From: Pseudomonadota bacterium | GTDB lineage: Bacteria > Myxococcota_A > UBA9042 | Reading direction: 5' to 3' | Assembly: GCA_041163625.1 (NCBI GenBank) | Contig: JBEARB010000253.1 | Span: 11,034-75,033, forward strand | Length of the DNA: 64,000 nucleotides | Shown: positions 18,547-28,300 of the stretch, piece by piece | Numbering within the stretch: the first letter of the stretch is position 1 | Layout: every line of letters begins with the position of its first letter | The notes under the pieces: generated by a model | Told to the model about the DNA's origin: nothing | Seen by the model: the letters and a program-made list of their open reading frames with translations, nothing else | The model's database searches: none | Program-made: the position numbers and the translations under genes

Positions 18547-21500
18547 ATGACGACCACGCACCGGCGCCACGTGCAGCGCGCCCTCGCCGCGGGCTTTGCG
18601 CTCGCGATCCTCGCTCCTGCACTCGCCGCGGCCCAGGTGCCGTTCCAGCGGGCTCCGGCGGTCCCGGCGTCGCTGGAAGCCTACCGTGGCTGGGCGACGC
18701 ACGGCCTCGAGTCGCTCGGCTGCTCCTGGCTGCAGGACGACAAGATCTGCGTCTGGCCCGGCGCGTTGCACCTCGAGGTCGGTGAGCGGGGTGCTGAATT
18801 CGCGCTGGAGGTCTTCCTCGACCGCCCCAGCCGCGTCGCGCTGCCCGGCGACGCCAAGCGGTTCCCGCAGGACGTACAGGTCGCAGGCGCACCAGCCTTC
18901 GTCGCCCGCGACGAAAGCGGCCTGCCGCAGGTGCTGCTGCTCGCCGGCGTGCACAAGATCACCGGCCGCTTCCCGTACGCCGCGGCCCCCGAGACGCTGC
19001 CGGTACCGACCGCCGTCGGCCGGGTCACCCTGCGCCGCGGCGACGGCGCGGTCGTGCAGCCTCGCCGCGAGGAGGGCCAGGTCTGGCTCGGGCAGGAGGC
19101 GCGGACCGAGGAAGACGACGCCGACAGCCTGACGGTGCGGGTGTTCCGCCGGCTCGACGACGGCGTGCCGATGCGCCTGACCACGCGCCTGGAGGTCCAG
19201 GCCGCCGGTCGCGCCCGCGACGTCGACCTCGGTCGCCTGTTGCCCGACGGCGCACGACCCGTTGCGCTCGAGGGCGGGGGTCTGCCGGCCACGGTGGCGC
19301 AGGACGGCGGGCTGCGCCTGCACGTTCGACCGGGCAGCTTCCGCGTCGAGCTGCGCGCGGTGCTGCCGGACAATCCGCTGGCGGTCGGGGTGCCGGCGCA
19401 CGCCAGCGGCACCGGCATCGAAGAGAGCGAGGCCTGGGTCAGCTTCACCGACGAAGCGCTGCGCAGCGTGGAGCTCTCTGGGCTCACCGCGGTCGATCCG
19501 GCGCGCGCCGGCATCCCCGAGGACTGGCGCGGTGGCTCGTCGTTCCTGGCCCGTCCGGGCGAGACGCTGCAGCTCAAGGTCAGTCGCCGCGGCGAGGAGG
19601 AAGCGCTGCCGAATCGACTGCAGGTGCACCGCTCGCTCTGGCTCGATCTCGATGGCGGCGGATTCACCGCGCGTGACACGATCCGCGGCGATCTGCACCG
19701 CGACTGGCGCATCGACGCCCTCGGCGACGACGCCGGGCAGGAACTCGGGCGCGTCCACGACGGTTCGACCGGCAAGGACGCGCTGATCACGCGCAACCCC
19801 AAGACCGGCCACGACGGCGTCGAACTGCGCAGCGGCAAGGTGCAGTTGACTGCCGAATCGCGGCTGGGTCCGGCGACGACGATGCACGCGGTGGGCTGGG
19901 ATCTCGACGTGGCGCAGCTTCGGACCACGCTGCGCCTGCCGCCCGGCTGGACGCTGCTCGCCGCGCGTGGCGTCGACCGGGCTCCCGGCACCTGGATCGC
20001 CTCGTGGACCCTGCTCGACTTCTTCCTGGTGCTGATGGTCGCGGCGGCAGCGATGAAGCTGTTCGGTGCACCGGCGGGCCTACTCGCGCTGGCCGCGATG
20101 GTGCTCGGCCACGATCAACAGGACGCGCCGTCCTGGCTCTGGCTGCACCTACTCGCCGCCGCGGCACTGCTGCGCGTGCTGCCCGAAGGCTGGCCACGGC
20201 GCGTGGTGGTCTTCTGGCGCGCGGCGGCCGGCGTGCTGTTGCTGGTGGTCCTGGTGCCCTTCGCGATCGGGCAGATCCGACACGGAATCTATCCGCAGGT
20301 CAGCCGCCCCGGCGGCGGGACTGCGTTCGACATCGACAGCGGGTTCGGGGGAAACATCGATCTCGTCAACCGCGAAGCGCAGACCAAGTCTGGCGCCGAT
20401 GAGGCCGTGCCCGCCGCACCGGCCGAGGAGATGGTCCTCGAGGCCGAAGAGGGGGGCGGCGCCGACGCGCGGTACGAGCGCAAGCGCGCGGGCCGCTTGG
20501 CCAAGCCCGGCAAGCTCAAGAGCTACAGCAACCTGGCGCTGCAACAGCAGCAGACGCAGAGCTATCGCAACCTCGTCGACGTCGACCCCAAGGCGGTGGT
20601 GCAGACCGGCCCGGGTGTACCGGATTGGGGCTGGTCGAGCTGGAACCTCTCCTGGTCCGGCCCCGTGGATCGCGGCCACCAGGTCGAGTTGGTGCTGCTT
20701 TCGCCGCGGCTCAACCTGCTGCTGGCGCTGCTCCGCGTGGTGCTGATGGCGGCCCTGGGCATCGTGATGCTGGAGTTGCGTCGGCGGGCCGGAGGGATGC
20801 GGCAGTGGCTGCAGGCCCGCACCGGCCTGTTCGGTGGCGGCGCAGCGCTGCTCGCCGTCCTGACGGTCGGCGCCGCGGCCCTCGCACCGAACACCGCCCG
20901 CGCCGACTTGCCCCCGCCGCCTCCCCCGGCGAGCGCGGCGGTGACGCCGACGCCGTGGCCGCCCGAGACCGTGCTCGAGACGTTGCGCGAGCGCCTGCAG
21001 CAGGCCGAAGCGTGTGACGGGCCCTGCACCACGACCCCGGCGGCGACCCTGGAGCTCGAGGCCGGCGGCGCGCTGCGCTTCGTGGCAGAGGTCTTCGCCC
21101 TGCGCGCCGCGGGCTGGGCCTTGCCGACCGGAGCGCGGATCGACGAGGTGCGAATCGACGGCCAGCCGACCTCGGCGCTGCGTCGAGAGCGCGACGGCGT
21201 GGTCTGGGTGCGGATCCCCGCCGGCCGTCACCGGGTGGTGGCGAGCGGACAGCTGCCGGCGACCTCGGTCGTCACCTTGGCGCTGCACGACGCGAGTCGC
21301 CCGGCCAGGCTGACGGTGCAGGCGAAAGGCTGGCGCGTCGATGGCCTCGGCCCGGACGACGTGCCCGAGTCGAGCCTGCAGCTCGGCCGGATCGGCGAGG
21401 AGCGCGGCAGCCAAGCGGCCGATCCCCTGGCTGCGGCCGATTTGCCGGACTTCTTCGCGGTCGAGCGTCGCTTGCTGCTCGGGTTGCCGTGGACGATCGA

Positions 21501-22902
21501 GACCGTGATCCGCCGTGAGCGGGCCGAGCGGGCGACGCTGCTGAAGGTGCCCTTGGTCGAGGGCGAAGCAGTGATGACCGAAGGCGTACGAGTGGAGTCC
21601 GGCGCAGCGCTGGTGCAGCTCGACCGTGGCGAGCACGAGCGCCGCATCCTCTCGCAGATCGAGGTGCGTCCGGAGATCGCCCTGGTGGCCGCGAAGGGTG
21701 TCGCCTGGACCGAGACCTGGGTCCTCGAATGCTCCCCGATCTGGCGCTGCGAATACCAAGGCATCGCGCCGACGCAGACGGCGGAAGGCGGGCGTCTGCG
21801 CCCGACCTTCCATCCATGGCCCGGCGAGGCGGTGACGCTGAAGGTCGAGCGGCCCGCCGGCGCCGACGGCCAGGCGATGACGGTCGACCGTGTGCAGCTC
21901 GACCTGACGCCCGGCCATCGCCTGCTCGAGGCGTCACTCTCATTGCGGATCCGCGCCTCGCAGGGCGGCGTCCGCAAGCTGACGCTGCCCACGGACGCGA
22001 CCCTGCAGAAGGTCCGGATCGGCGGCAAGGACCGCGCCCTGAGCCTGGACGGCGGCGTGCTGGCGCTGCCGATCGAGCCGGGCCAATCCGACGTCGAGTT
22101 GACCTGGCAGCAGCCGTGGGAACGCTCCCTGCAAGAGGTCGCGCCGCAAATCGACCTCGGTGGACCCGCGGTCAACGTCCGCGTCAGCGTCCATCGCGGC
22201 GAGGACCGCTGGCTGCTCTGGGCCCACGGCCCGGCATGGGGCCCCGCGATCCTGTTCTGGAGTCACCTGCTGGTGTTGCTGCTGCTCGCGACGCTGCTCT
22301 CCCGCCTGCGCGGCCTGCCGCTGCGCCACTTCGAGTGGGTGCTGCTCTGCCTGGGCTTCGCCAACCTGCCGGTCGCGACGGTATTGGTCTTCGTCGGCTG
22401 GTTGGTCGCGCTGAGTTGGCGCCGTCACACCTTCGCCGAGGTCGCCAATCCGGCTCCGTCGAGCCGCGTCGCGATGGGCTTCGACCTGACCCAGCTCGGT
22501 CTGGTCGTGCTGGGCCTGTTCGCGCTCAGCTCACTCTACGCCGCGATCCACGCCAACCTGCTGCTGGACATCGACATGCAGGTCGCCGGCGGCAGCTCGA
22601 ACAACGACTGCCTGACCTGGTACGTCGACCGCACGGCGGGCGCGCTGCCCACGCCGGGAATCCTCAGCCTGCCGCTCTGGGTCTGGCGCGGCGCGATGCT
22701 GCTCTGGAGTCTCTGGCTGGCATCTGCGCTGCTGCGCTGGCTGCCGTGGGCGTTCCAGGCGTTCTCGGCCGGCGGGATGTGGCGCAAGCTCGGTCGCGCG
22801 ACGACCGCACCCTCGACGCCGGCGGCACCGACTCCGTCCGGACCGGCGCGCGACGACCTCCCGCCGCCACCGGCGAGCCCGTCCGCGCCCGACGACACCT
22901 AG
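18547..22902 (+). CDS. Large (1451 aa) secreted/membrane protein, unknown function.
   Basis: CAGGAG lies 7 nt upstream of the ATG. N-terminal signal peptide MTTTHRRHVQRALAAGFALAILAPALAAAQ. Several transmembrane clusters (~470-560, ~690-750, ~1270-1400 aa) and a P/A-rich C-terminal tail. Tightly spaced (17 nt) after the disrupted Cys-rich gene. Confidence 0.7.
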   Translation: MTTTHRRHVQRALAAGFALAILAPALAAAQVPFQRAPAVPASLEAYRGWATHGLESLGCSWLQDDKICVWPGALHLEVGERGAEFALEVFLDRPSRVALPGDAKRFPQDVQVAGAPAFVARDESGLPQVLLLAGVHKITGRFPYAAAPETLPVPTAVGRVTLRRGDGAVVQPRREEGQVWLGQEARTEEDDADSLTVRVFRRLDDGVPMRLTTRLEVQAAGRARDVDLGRLLPDGARPVALEGGGLPATVAQDGGLRLHVRPGSFRVELRAVLPDNPLAVGVPAHASGTGIEESEAWVSFTDEALRSVELSGLTAVDPARAGIPEDWRGGSSFLARPGETLQLKVSRRGEEEALPNRLQVHRSLWLDLDGGGFTARDTIRGDLHRDWRIDALGDDAGQELGRVHDGSTGKDALITRNPKTGHDGVELRSGKVQLTAESRLGPATTMHAVGWDLDVAQLRTTLRLPPGWTLLAARGVDRAPGTWIASWTLLDFFLVLMVAAAAMKLFGAPAGLLALAAMVLGHDQQDAPSWLWLHLLAAAALLRVLPEGWPRRVVVFWRAAAGVLLLVVLVPFAIGQIRHGIYPQVSRPGGGTAFDIDSGFGGNIDLVNREAQTKSGADEAVPAAPAEEMVLEAEEGGGADARYERKRAGRLAKPGKLKSYSNLALQQQQTQSYRNLVDVDPKAVVQTGPGVPDWGWSSWNLSWSGPVDRGHQVELVLLSPRLNLLLALLRVVLMAALGIVMLELRRRAGGMRQWLQARTGLFGGGAALLAVLTVGAAALAPNTARADLPPPPPPASAAVTPTPWPPETVLETLRERLQQAEACDGPCTTTPAATLELEAGGALRFVAEVFALRAAGWALPTGARIDEVRIDGQPTSALRRERDGVVWVRIPAGRHRVVASGQLPATSVVTLALHDASRPARLTVQAKGWRVDGLGPDDVPESSLQLGRIGEERGSQAADPLAAADLPDFFAVERRLLLGLPWTIETVIRRERAERATLLKVPLVEGEAVMTEGVRVESGAALVQLDRGEHERRILSQIEVRPEIALVAAKGVAWTETWVLECSPIWRCEYQGIAPTQTAEGGRLRPTFHPWPGEAVTLKVERPAGADGQAMTVDRVQLDLTPGHRLLEASLSLRIRASQGGVRKLTLPTDATLQKVRIGGKDRALSLDGGVLALPIEPGQSDVELTWQQPWERSLQEVAPQIDLGGPAVNVRVSVHRGEDRWLLWAHGPAWGPAILFWSHLLVLLLLATLLSRLRGLPLRHFEWVLLCLGFANLPVATVLVFVGWLVALSWRRHTFAEVANPAPSSRVAMGFDLTQLGLVVLGLFALSSLYAAIHANLLLDIDMQVAGGSSNNDCLTWYVDRTAGALPTPGILSLPLWVWRGAMLLWSLWLASALLRWLPWAFQAFSAGGMWRKLGRATTAPSTPAAPTPSGPARDDLPPPPASPSAPDDT

Positions 22903-22994
22903 CCCCCTGGTCGCGAGAAGCGCGGTTCTGGCGAACCATCCCCCTCCACGAGCCGCGCCAAGAAATCGCTCTTGGCGACTCCTTGATCGCGTCT

Positions 22995-23306
22995 CTACGC
23001 GTCGCCGGCCGGTCGAGCCGCGCGAAGCCGCCGAAACCAGAGGTAGGCCAAGGGCCCGATGCTGCCGCCGAGGACGGTGAGGACGAGCCACGGCCACAGC
23101 GGCTCGCCGTGGCGCCGCGCGTCGCGTCCGATCCACGTGGTGACCAGTAACATGGCCACGCTGAGATCGGCGAAGAGTTGCACGGTTCCGCTGTCCTGTC
23201 CGATCAGGCGCCACAGCCCGACATAGCCGAACTCGTGGACCGCCAGCGCGCTGAGCGCGCCAAATGCCAGGGTCGCGAGCGTCAGCAACCAGGTCGGCAG
23301 GTGCAT
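22995..23306 (-). CDS. Small 3-TM membrane protein (DUF2834-like).
   Basis: 103 aa with three hydrophobic helices: MHLPTWLLTLATLAFGALSALAV… The frame looks coding. Confidence 0.45.
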   Translation of the reverse strand: MHLPTWLLTLATLAFGALSALAVHEFGYVGLWRLIGQDSGTVQLFADLSVAMLLVTTWIGRDARRHGEPLWPWLVLTVLGGSIGPLAYLWFRRLRAARPAGDA

Positions 23307-23331
23307 CGCGGCGCTCCGGGACGCCGAGGCG

Positions 23332-24975
23332 TCAGTCGTCGCGACCCTCGACCACGGTGGGCACCAACCGCGACGCTGCTTCGCGCAGCAACGCAGCCGC
23401 GGCGGCCGCCGCGTCGTCCCGCTTGGACAGTTCGGCCCGCGCGGCCTTCAAATCGGCCTCGATGGTCGTGACCCGGGCTGCCGCCGCCTCGGCGGAAGCC
23501 TTCGCGGCTTCGAGCGCCTGCTCGGCCGCCTCGGCACGGGTCCGGGCCGAGGCCGCGTCGGCCTCCGCGCCGGCCGTCCGCTCGGCCGCCGCCTTGGCCG
23601 CCGCCTCGGCCTCCGCGAGCTTCGCCTCGGCCGCGCCACCGCTGCCCGCACGCGCTTCGGCAGCTTCCTTCGCGTCGCGCAGCTCGGCGTTTTCGTTCTC
23701 GAGCCGCTCGATATCAGCGAGGGCGGTCTGCAGCTTCCCGATCAGGCTGGTCAGTTCGTGGAGGTTGCTCGTCAACAGCTCGGTGCTCGACGCGTGGCGC
23801 GAGCGCTGCGCCTTGGAAGCCGGCTCGGGCTCGGGCTCCGCTTCGACCGCGACCTCTTCGACCGCGACCTCTTCGACCGCGTCATCCTGCACCGCGACGT
23901 CCTCGACCGCGACGTCCTCGACTTCGAGCTCTTCGACCGCGAGTTCCTCGACCGCGGCGTCGTCGACTTCGAGCTCTTCGACGGCGAGCTCCTCGAGGTC
24001 GTCGAGCGGCAGCGCCTCGGGCAGCACCTCCTCGGCGTCCTCGAGCGCGATCTCCTCGGCGGCCTCGGCCTCGATATCGGTGACGGTGCTGGCCTCGAAG
24101 GGCGCCAACTCGTCGATGGCCTCGATCTCCTCGAGCAGGTCTTCCGTCGCGCCGACCTCGGTGACGTCGAGCGGCTCGACTTCCTCTGCCTCGGCGACGA
24201 TCTCCTCGAGTTCGACCAACTCGACGGGCACCTCGGCCCCGACTTCGTCGAGCTCGACGACGGTCTCGATCTCCTCGACGTCGAGCGCTTCGACCGACCC
24301 GATCTCCTCGAGCTCGTCGAGCGCGAGTTCCTCGATCGGCTCGGCGTCGGGCAGCTCCTCCGGCAGCGCCTCCTCGAGCTCGTCGTCGAGCGCGACCACG
24401 TCGAGCATGACGGTCGAGGTCTCGTCGGGCGAGACGTCTTCGTCGATCTCCTCGATGGCGTCGAACTCGAGCGTCGTCTCGATCGGGGCGGCCGCAGCCG
24501 CGTCGCGGGCAGCCAGGGCGGCCTCGCTGATCTCGGTCGTGAGGGCGCTCACAGCCTCGAGCGGCAGCTCTTCGAGGAGGTCCGAGGTGGCGCCGAGCCC
24601 GTCGTTCTGCTTGGTCAGCGCGTCCTTCACGGCGGCCTCGAGCTCACGCTGCGCGCGGCTCTGCATCACGTAGCCGTCCGCCTTGGCGCGCCCCTCGAGG
24701 TGGCGGGTGACGTCGGAGCGCTGATCGTCGCGGTAGACCACGACGAGCGGCACCGTCCGGTAGCGCGCATCCGCGCGCATCGTCTGCACCAGGGCCAGCG
24801 TCCGCCGAAGGGTCGGACCGAACACCAGCAGCGACACCCCCCCCTCGTCCATCCGGCGCATCGCCTGGTCGAGGGTACGCAGCGAAACCATGTCGAGATC
24901 GTCGGGCAGCGCGCGACGCAGGTGACGCTCGACCATCTTGGTGCCGCCGATCAGAAGGGCGGTGCTCTTGGACAT
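23332..24975 (-). CDS. FrzS-like protein: N-terminal pseudo-receiver domain, acidic repeat linker, C-terminal coiled coil.
   Basis: Internal ATG 24975 with GGAGG 8 nt upstream. MSKSTALLIGGTK…VVVYRDD…GRAKADGYVMQ has a receiver-like fold lacking the canonical phospho-acceptor context. It is followed by ~200 aa of E/D/V/L low complexity and then ~130 aa of heptad-like A/E/K-rich sequence. Length (547 aa) and layout match M. xanthus FrzS. Confidence 0.6.
   Translation of the reverse strand: MSKSTALLIGGTKMVERHLRRALPDDLDMVSLRTLDQAMRRMDEGGVSLLVFGPTLRRTLALVQTMRADARYRTVPLVVVYRDDQRSDVTRHLEGRAKADGYVMQSRAQRELEAAVKDALTKQNDGLGATSDLLEELPLEAVSALTTEISEAALAARDAAAAAPIETTLEFDAIEEIDEDVSPDETSTVMLDVVALDDELEEALPEELPDAEPIEELALDELEEIGSVEALDVEEIETVVELDEVGAEVPVELVELEEIVAEAEEVEPLDVTEVGATEDLLEEIEAIDELAPFEASTVTDIEAEAAEEIALEDAEEVLPEALPLDDLEELAVEELEVDDAAVEELAVEELEVEDVAVEDVAVQDDAVEEVAVEEVAVEAEPEPEPASKAQRSRHASSTELLTSNLHELTSLIGKLQTALADIERLENENAELRDAKEAAEARAGSGGAAEAKLAEAEAAAKAAAERTAGAEADAASARTRAEAAEQALEAAKASAEAAAARVTTIEADLKAARAELSKRDDAAAAAAALLREAASRLVPTVVEGRDD
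23851..24000. repeat. Degenerate 15-bp tandem repeats (~10 copies) encoding the acidic linker of the FrzS-like gene.
   Basis: gacctcttcgaccgc x2, gacgtcctcgaccgc x2, gagctcttcgaccgc, gagttcctcgaccgc, … are directly visible. Confidence 0.8.
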
Positions 24976-25316
24976 CGTGAAGCCTCCGGACGCGTCGACG
25001 CCAACATCGACGGAGTGCCGCATGGGACAAGGCTGCGAAGTGTCGCGCCGCTCTCTGGGAGGGTCAAGTCGCCCCGGCCGAGGGGGGACGCCGAGCGGGG
25101 CCGCGACCGCGCCGTGCCTCACTCGGACGGCCGCATCCGCGTGATCCGCCATTGGCAGCTGGGGGCGCACATGATAGTCTTCCCGCAACGACGGAGGATC
25201 GTGTGCGCCTCCCCCCAACTCCGGGCGCACCGCGGTCTTGCCCGAAGGGGGCACCGGATCTCGCGTCCAACCCATCAGAACGATGGGTGGTCGGATCCGT
25301 CGTGGGAGAACGAACG

Positions 25317-28300
25317 ATGGCAGTCCTCGAGCGCATTCGCACCCTGTTCGGCACCATGCCACGCGGCCTCGGAGCCCTGGCGCTGGTGACCGCGATCGGC
25401 CTGTCGGCCTGTGCAGGCGAGTCCGGGAGCGACGCTGCAAGCGACGGCACCTGTGAGCCCGGCACGAAGGATTGCCTCTGCGCGACGGGCGCGGCGTGCG
25501 GCCCGGGCTTGTCCTGCGTCTCGGGGTCGTGCAAGGCCGGCGAGCAGGGTGCCCTGGGCATGGCCTGCTTCGCCAACATGACCTGCAATCCCGACGAGGA
25601 AGGCCGCGCGATGCTCTGCGTGGGCGGCGTCTGCCAGAAGGCGAGCTGCACGCAGGGCAGCGAGGGTTGCGGCTGTCTCGCCGGCGCGACCTGCGCCGCG
25701 GGGCTGACCTGCGACACCAGCACCGGTGCGGCGCTCTGCCAGAAGGCGGCCTGCGCGGACAACGTCGGCACGCTCGGCTGCGCCTGCGACGCGGACTACG
25801 GCTGCGCGGCGGGCCCGGGCGGTGCGGCGCTGGCGTGTGACGGCAAGCTGTGCATCTCGGCGATCTGCGCGCCGGGCACCGAGAACTGCTTCTGCGGCGA
25901 GAAGGCCACCTGCGCCTCGGGCCTGAACTGCGACGCCGGCACCTTCCGCTGTGTGAAGCCGAGCGGCTGCACCCAGGGCGAGTCGGGCTGTGCCTGCAAG
26001 GGCGACGGCAGCTGCATCGGCGACAAGCTGGTCTGCAACAGCAACGTCTGCGTGGTCGAGAACTGCCCGGCCGGCGAGATCGGCTGCACCTGCAAGGGCG
26101 ACGGCAGCTGCGCCGTCGGCGGCGACGCCCTGCTCGTCTGTCAGTCGGGCAAGTGCCTGCCCAAGGCGGGCTGCGCCGAGGGCACCCCCGGCTGCGCCTG
26201 CACCGCCACCGGCGGCTGCCAGGGTGACGGCTTCATCTGCGACAGCGGCACCAACACCTGCAAGGCGGTCTCCTGTGCCGCCGGCGCGCTGAACTGCGGC
26301 TGCAAGGCCGGCGCCACCTGCGACGCGGGCCTGGTCTGCGCGAACGGTCAGATCTGCGTCGACAACAAGGGCTTCCCCGGCGGTGCCTGCCTCGACGGCG
26401 ATCTCTGCAACGCCGGTGCGAAGTGCGACGGCGGCAAGTGCGCGACCTGCGCGCTCGGCAGCGAGGGCTGCGCCTGCTTCACCGGCGGCGGCTGCTTCGC
26501 CCCGCTGACCTGCCACCTCGGCAGCTGCGTCGCGCCCGGCAACTCGAGCACGACCGTGCCCGCTTCGCTCGACCCGCCGAAGGACGCGCAGTGCTGGACG
26601 CCCTGCAACCAGGGTGTGACCAAGCCCGACGGCACCTTCGTCGCGTGCGGCGCCGACGGCCTACTCCCGGGCTGCGTCGACGACCTGACCTGCGTCAAGG
26701 GCAGCTGCGTGAAGAAGGGCGACACGCCCGGCAAGTGCGAGACCGACCTGGACTGCGCCGAGCACCAGACCTGCTACCTCGCTGACGGCCACTGCTACTC
26801 GAACTGCAACGTCGACATGGACTGCGGCGACGGCGCGAGTTGCTACCGCCACGTCTGCCGCAAGACCTGCGACACCAAGGCGGGCTGCGACAAGGGTCAG
26901 TTCTGCAAGACGATCGACGGAGAGAACGGCTTCTGCATGCCGCTCGCGCCGCCGACCAAGTGCGAGGGTCCGCAGTGCGGTCAGAAGGCCGTCCTCGGTA
27001 GCTTCTCGCTGCAGGAGGACCAACTGAGCCTCTCGGACGCCAACGCGACCGGCCAGATCGTGGTCGACGTCGACAGCGCCTCGGAGACCTCGCTCAAGGT
27101 CCGCAAGGTCCGTCACTCGATGGTCGGCCAGGGCGGCGAAGAGGTGACCTGCGTCGCCGGCAGCAACAACTGCCCCTGCCAGCCCGGTGACGGCAAGGTC
27201 GTGCTCGCCGGTGTCACCTACTACTGCGACACCGCCAAGACCCCGCCGCTGCACTGGCTGAAGATTGGCACCAGCGACAAGCCCCTCGAGAAGGTGCAGT
27301 CGATCGACGTGAAGGTCGGCGCCGGCAAGACCAGCTTCACCCTGCTGCTGAGCACCGAGGGCGCCTCGCCCGCGCCGGCGTGGCAGGGCGTGGTCGAGAT
27401 CAGCCACCCGAACTACGGCGTCGGCGAGGTCTTCCTCTCCTACGCCGTGCGCCCGGACGGCCGCTGGATCGGCACCGCCTACTTCTTCGCCACCTTCGAG
27501 GACGAGGGCTTGGACAAGTGGCTGCTCAACCCGCAGGACTTCAACCTCGTCAAGAACGCGTTCGTGCAGCAGTGGCAGGTCTTCCGCAACCAGCCGATGG
27601 CCAACTACGAGATGATCAACGCGATGATGACCAGCGTCATCGACGAGACCTGGCAGTGGGAGAAGGTCCGCAAGGATTGCAAGAGCTTCGGCGAGAACGC
27701 CGCGTGCATCCCCTACGCCCCGCAGCAGCCCGGCTCGATCGGCGCCACCAGCGGCCTGTACAAGGTCAGCTCGGACTCGCGCACCATCCGGATGCCGAGC
27801 GGCGTCACAGAGCTGCCGCTCTCGTTCAACCTGAAGTCGACCGCCGACCCGACCCTGCTCACCGGCCGCATCACCACGGCCGACAGCTTGCAATACGGCG
27901 GCAACCCGTCGATTGGCGGCATCAAGCTCAAGCAGGATCCCGCCAAGGCCTGCACCGGCGGGCTGTGCGTCATCGGCGTGAGCGACATGAGCATCGACAT
28001 GGCGATCGGTGGTCGCTACGTCTCGAACAGCTCGGACACCACCTGCCAGGACATGCCGGCCGGTGCGTACGGCCACGTCGCGCTGCCGTGGTTGGTGCCG
28101 GGCTTCTTGGTCGGCACCGAGACCGACAACAAGACCAACACCGTCTACCGCTACGAGTGCCGTTCGAAGAAGGTGCCCTTCGGCGACGATCCGGCGCAGA
28201 TGGTCGCGAACATGACCTCGGCGGCCAGCAACCCGATCGCCGACGGCAAGCCGCGCAGCCGCACGCTGACGCTGCTCGACGGCGCGCTCATCAACCAAAC

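Noticed and set aside
15541-18892. Several long minus-strand ORFs (15541..16470, 15606..17087, 16766..18892)
   Set aside because: They overlap the plus-strand HutF-like and Cys-rich repeat genes. Their translations are poly-R/G/A strings typical of wrong-frame high-GC DNA.
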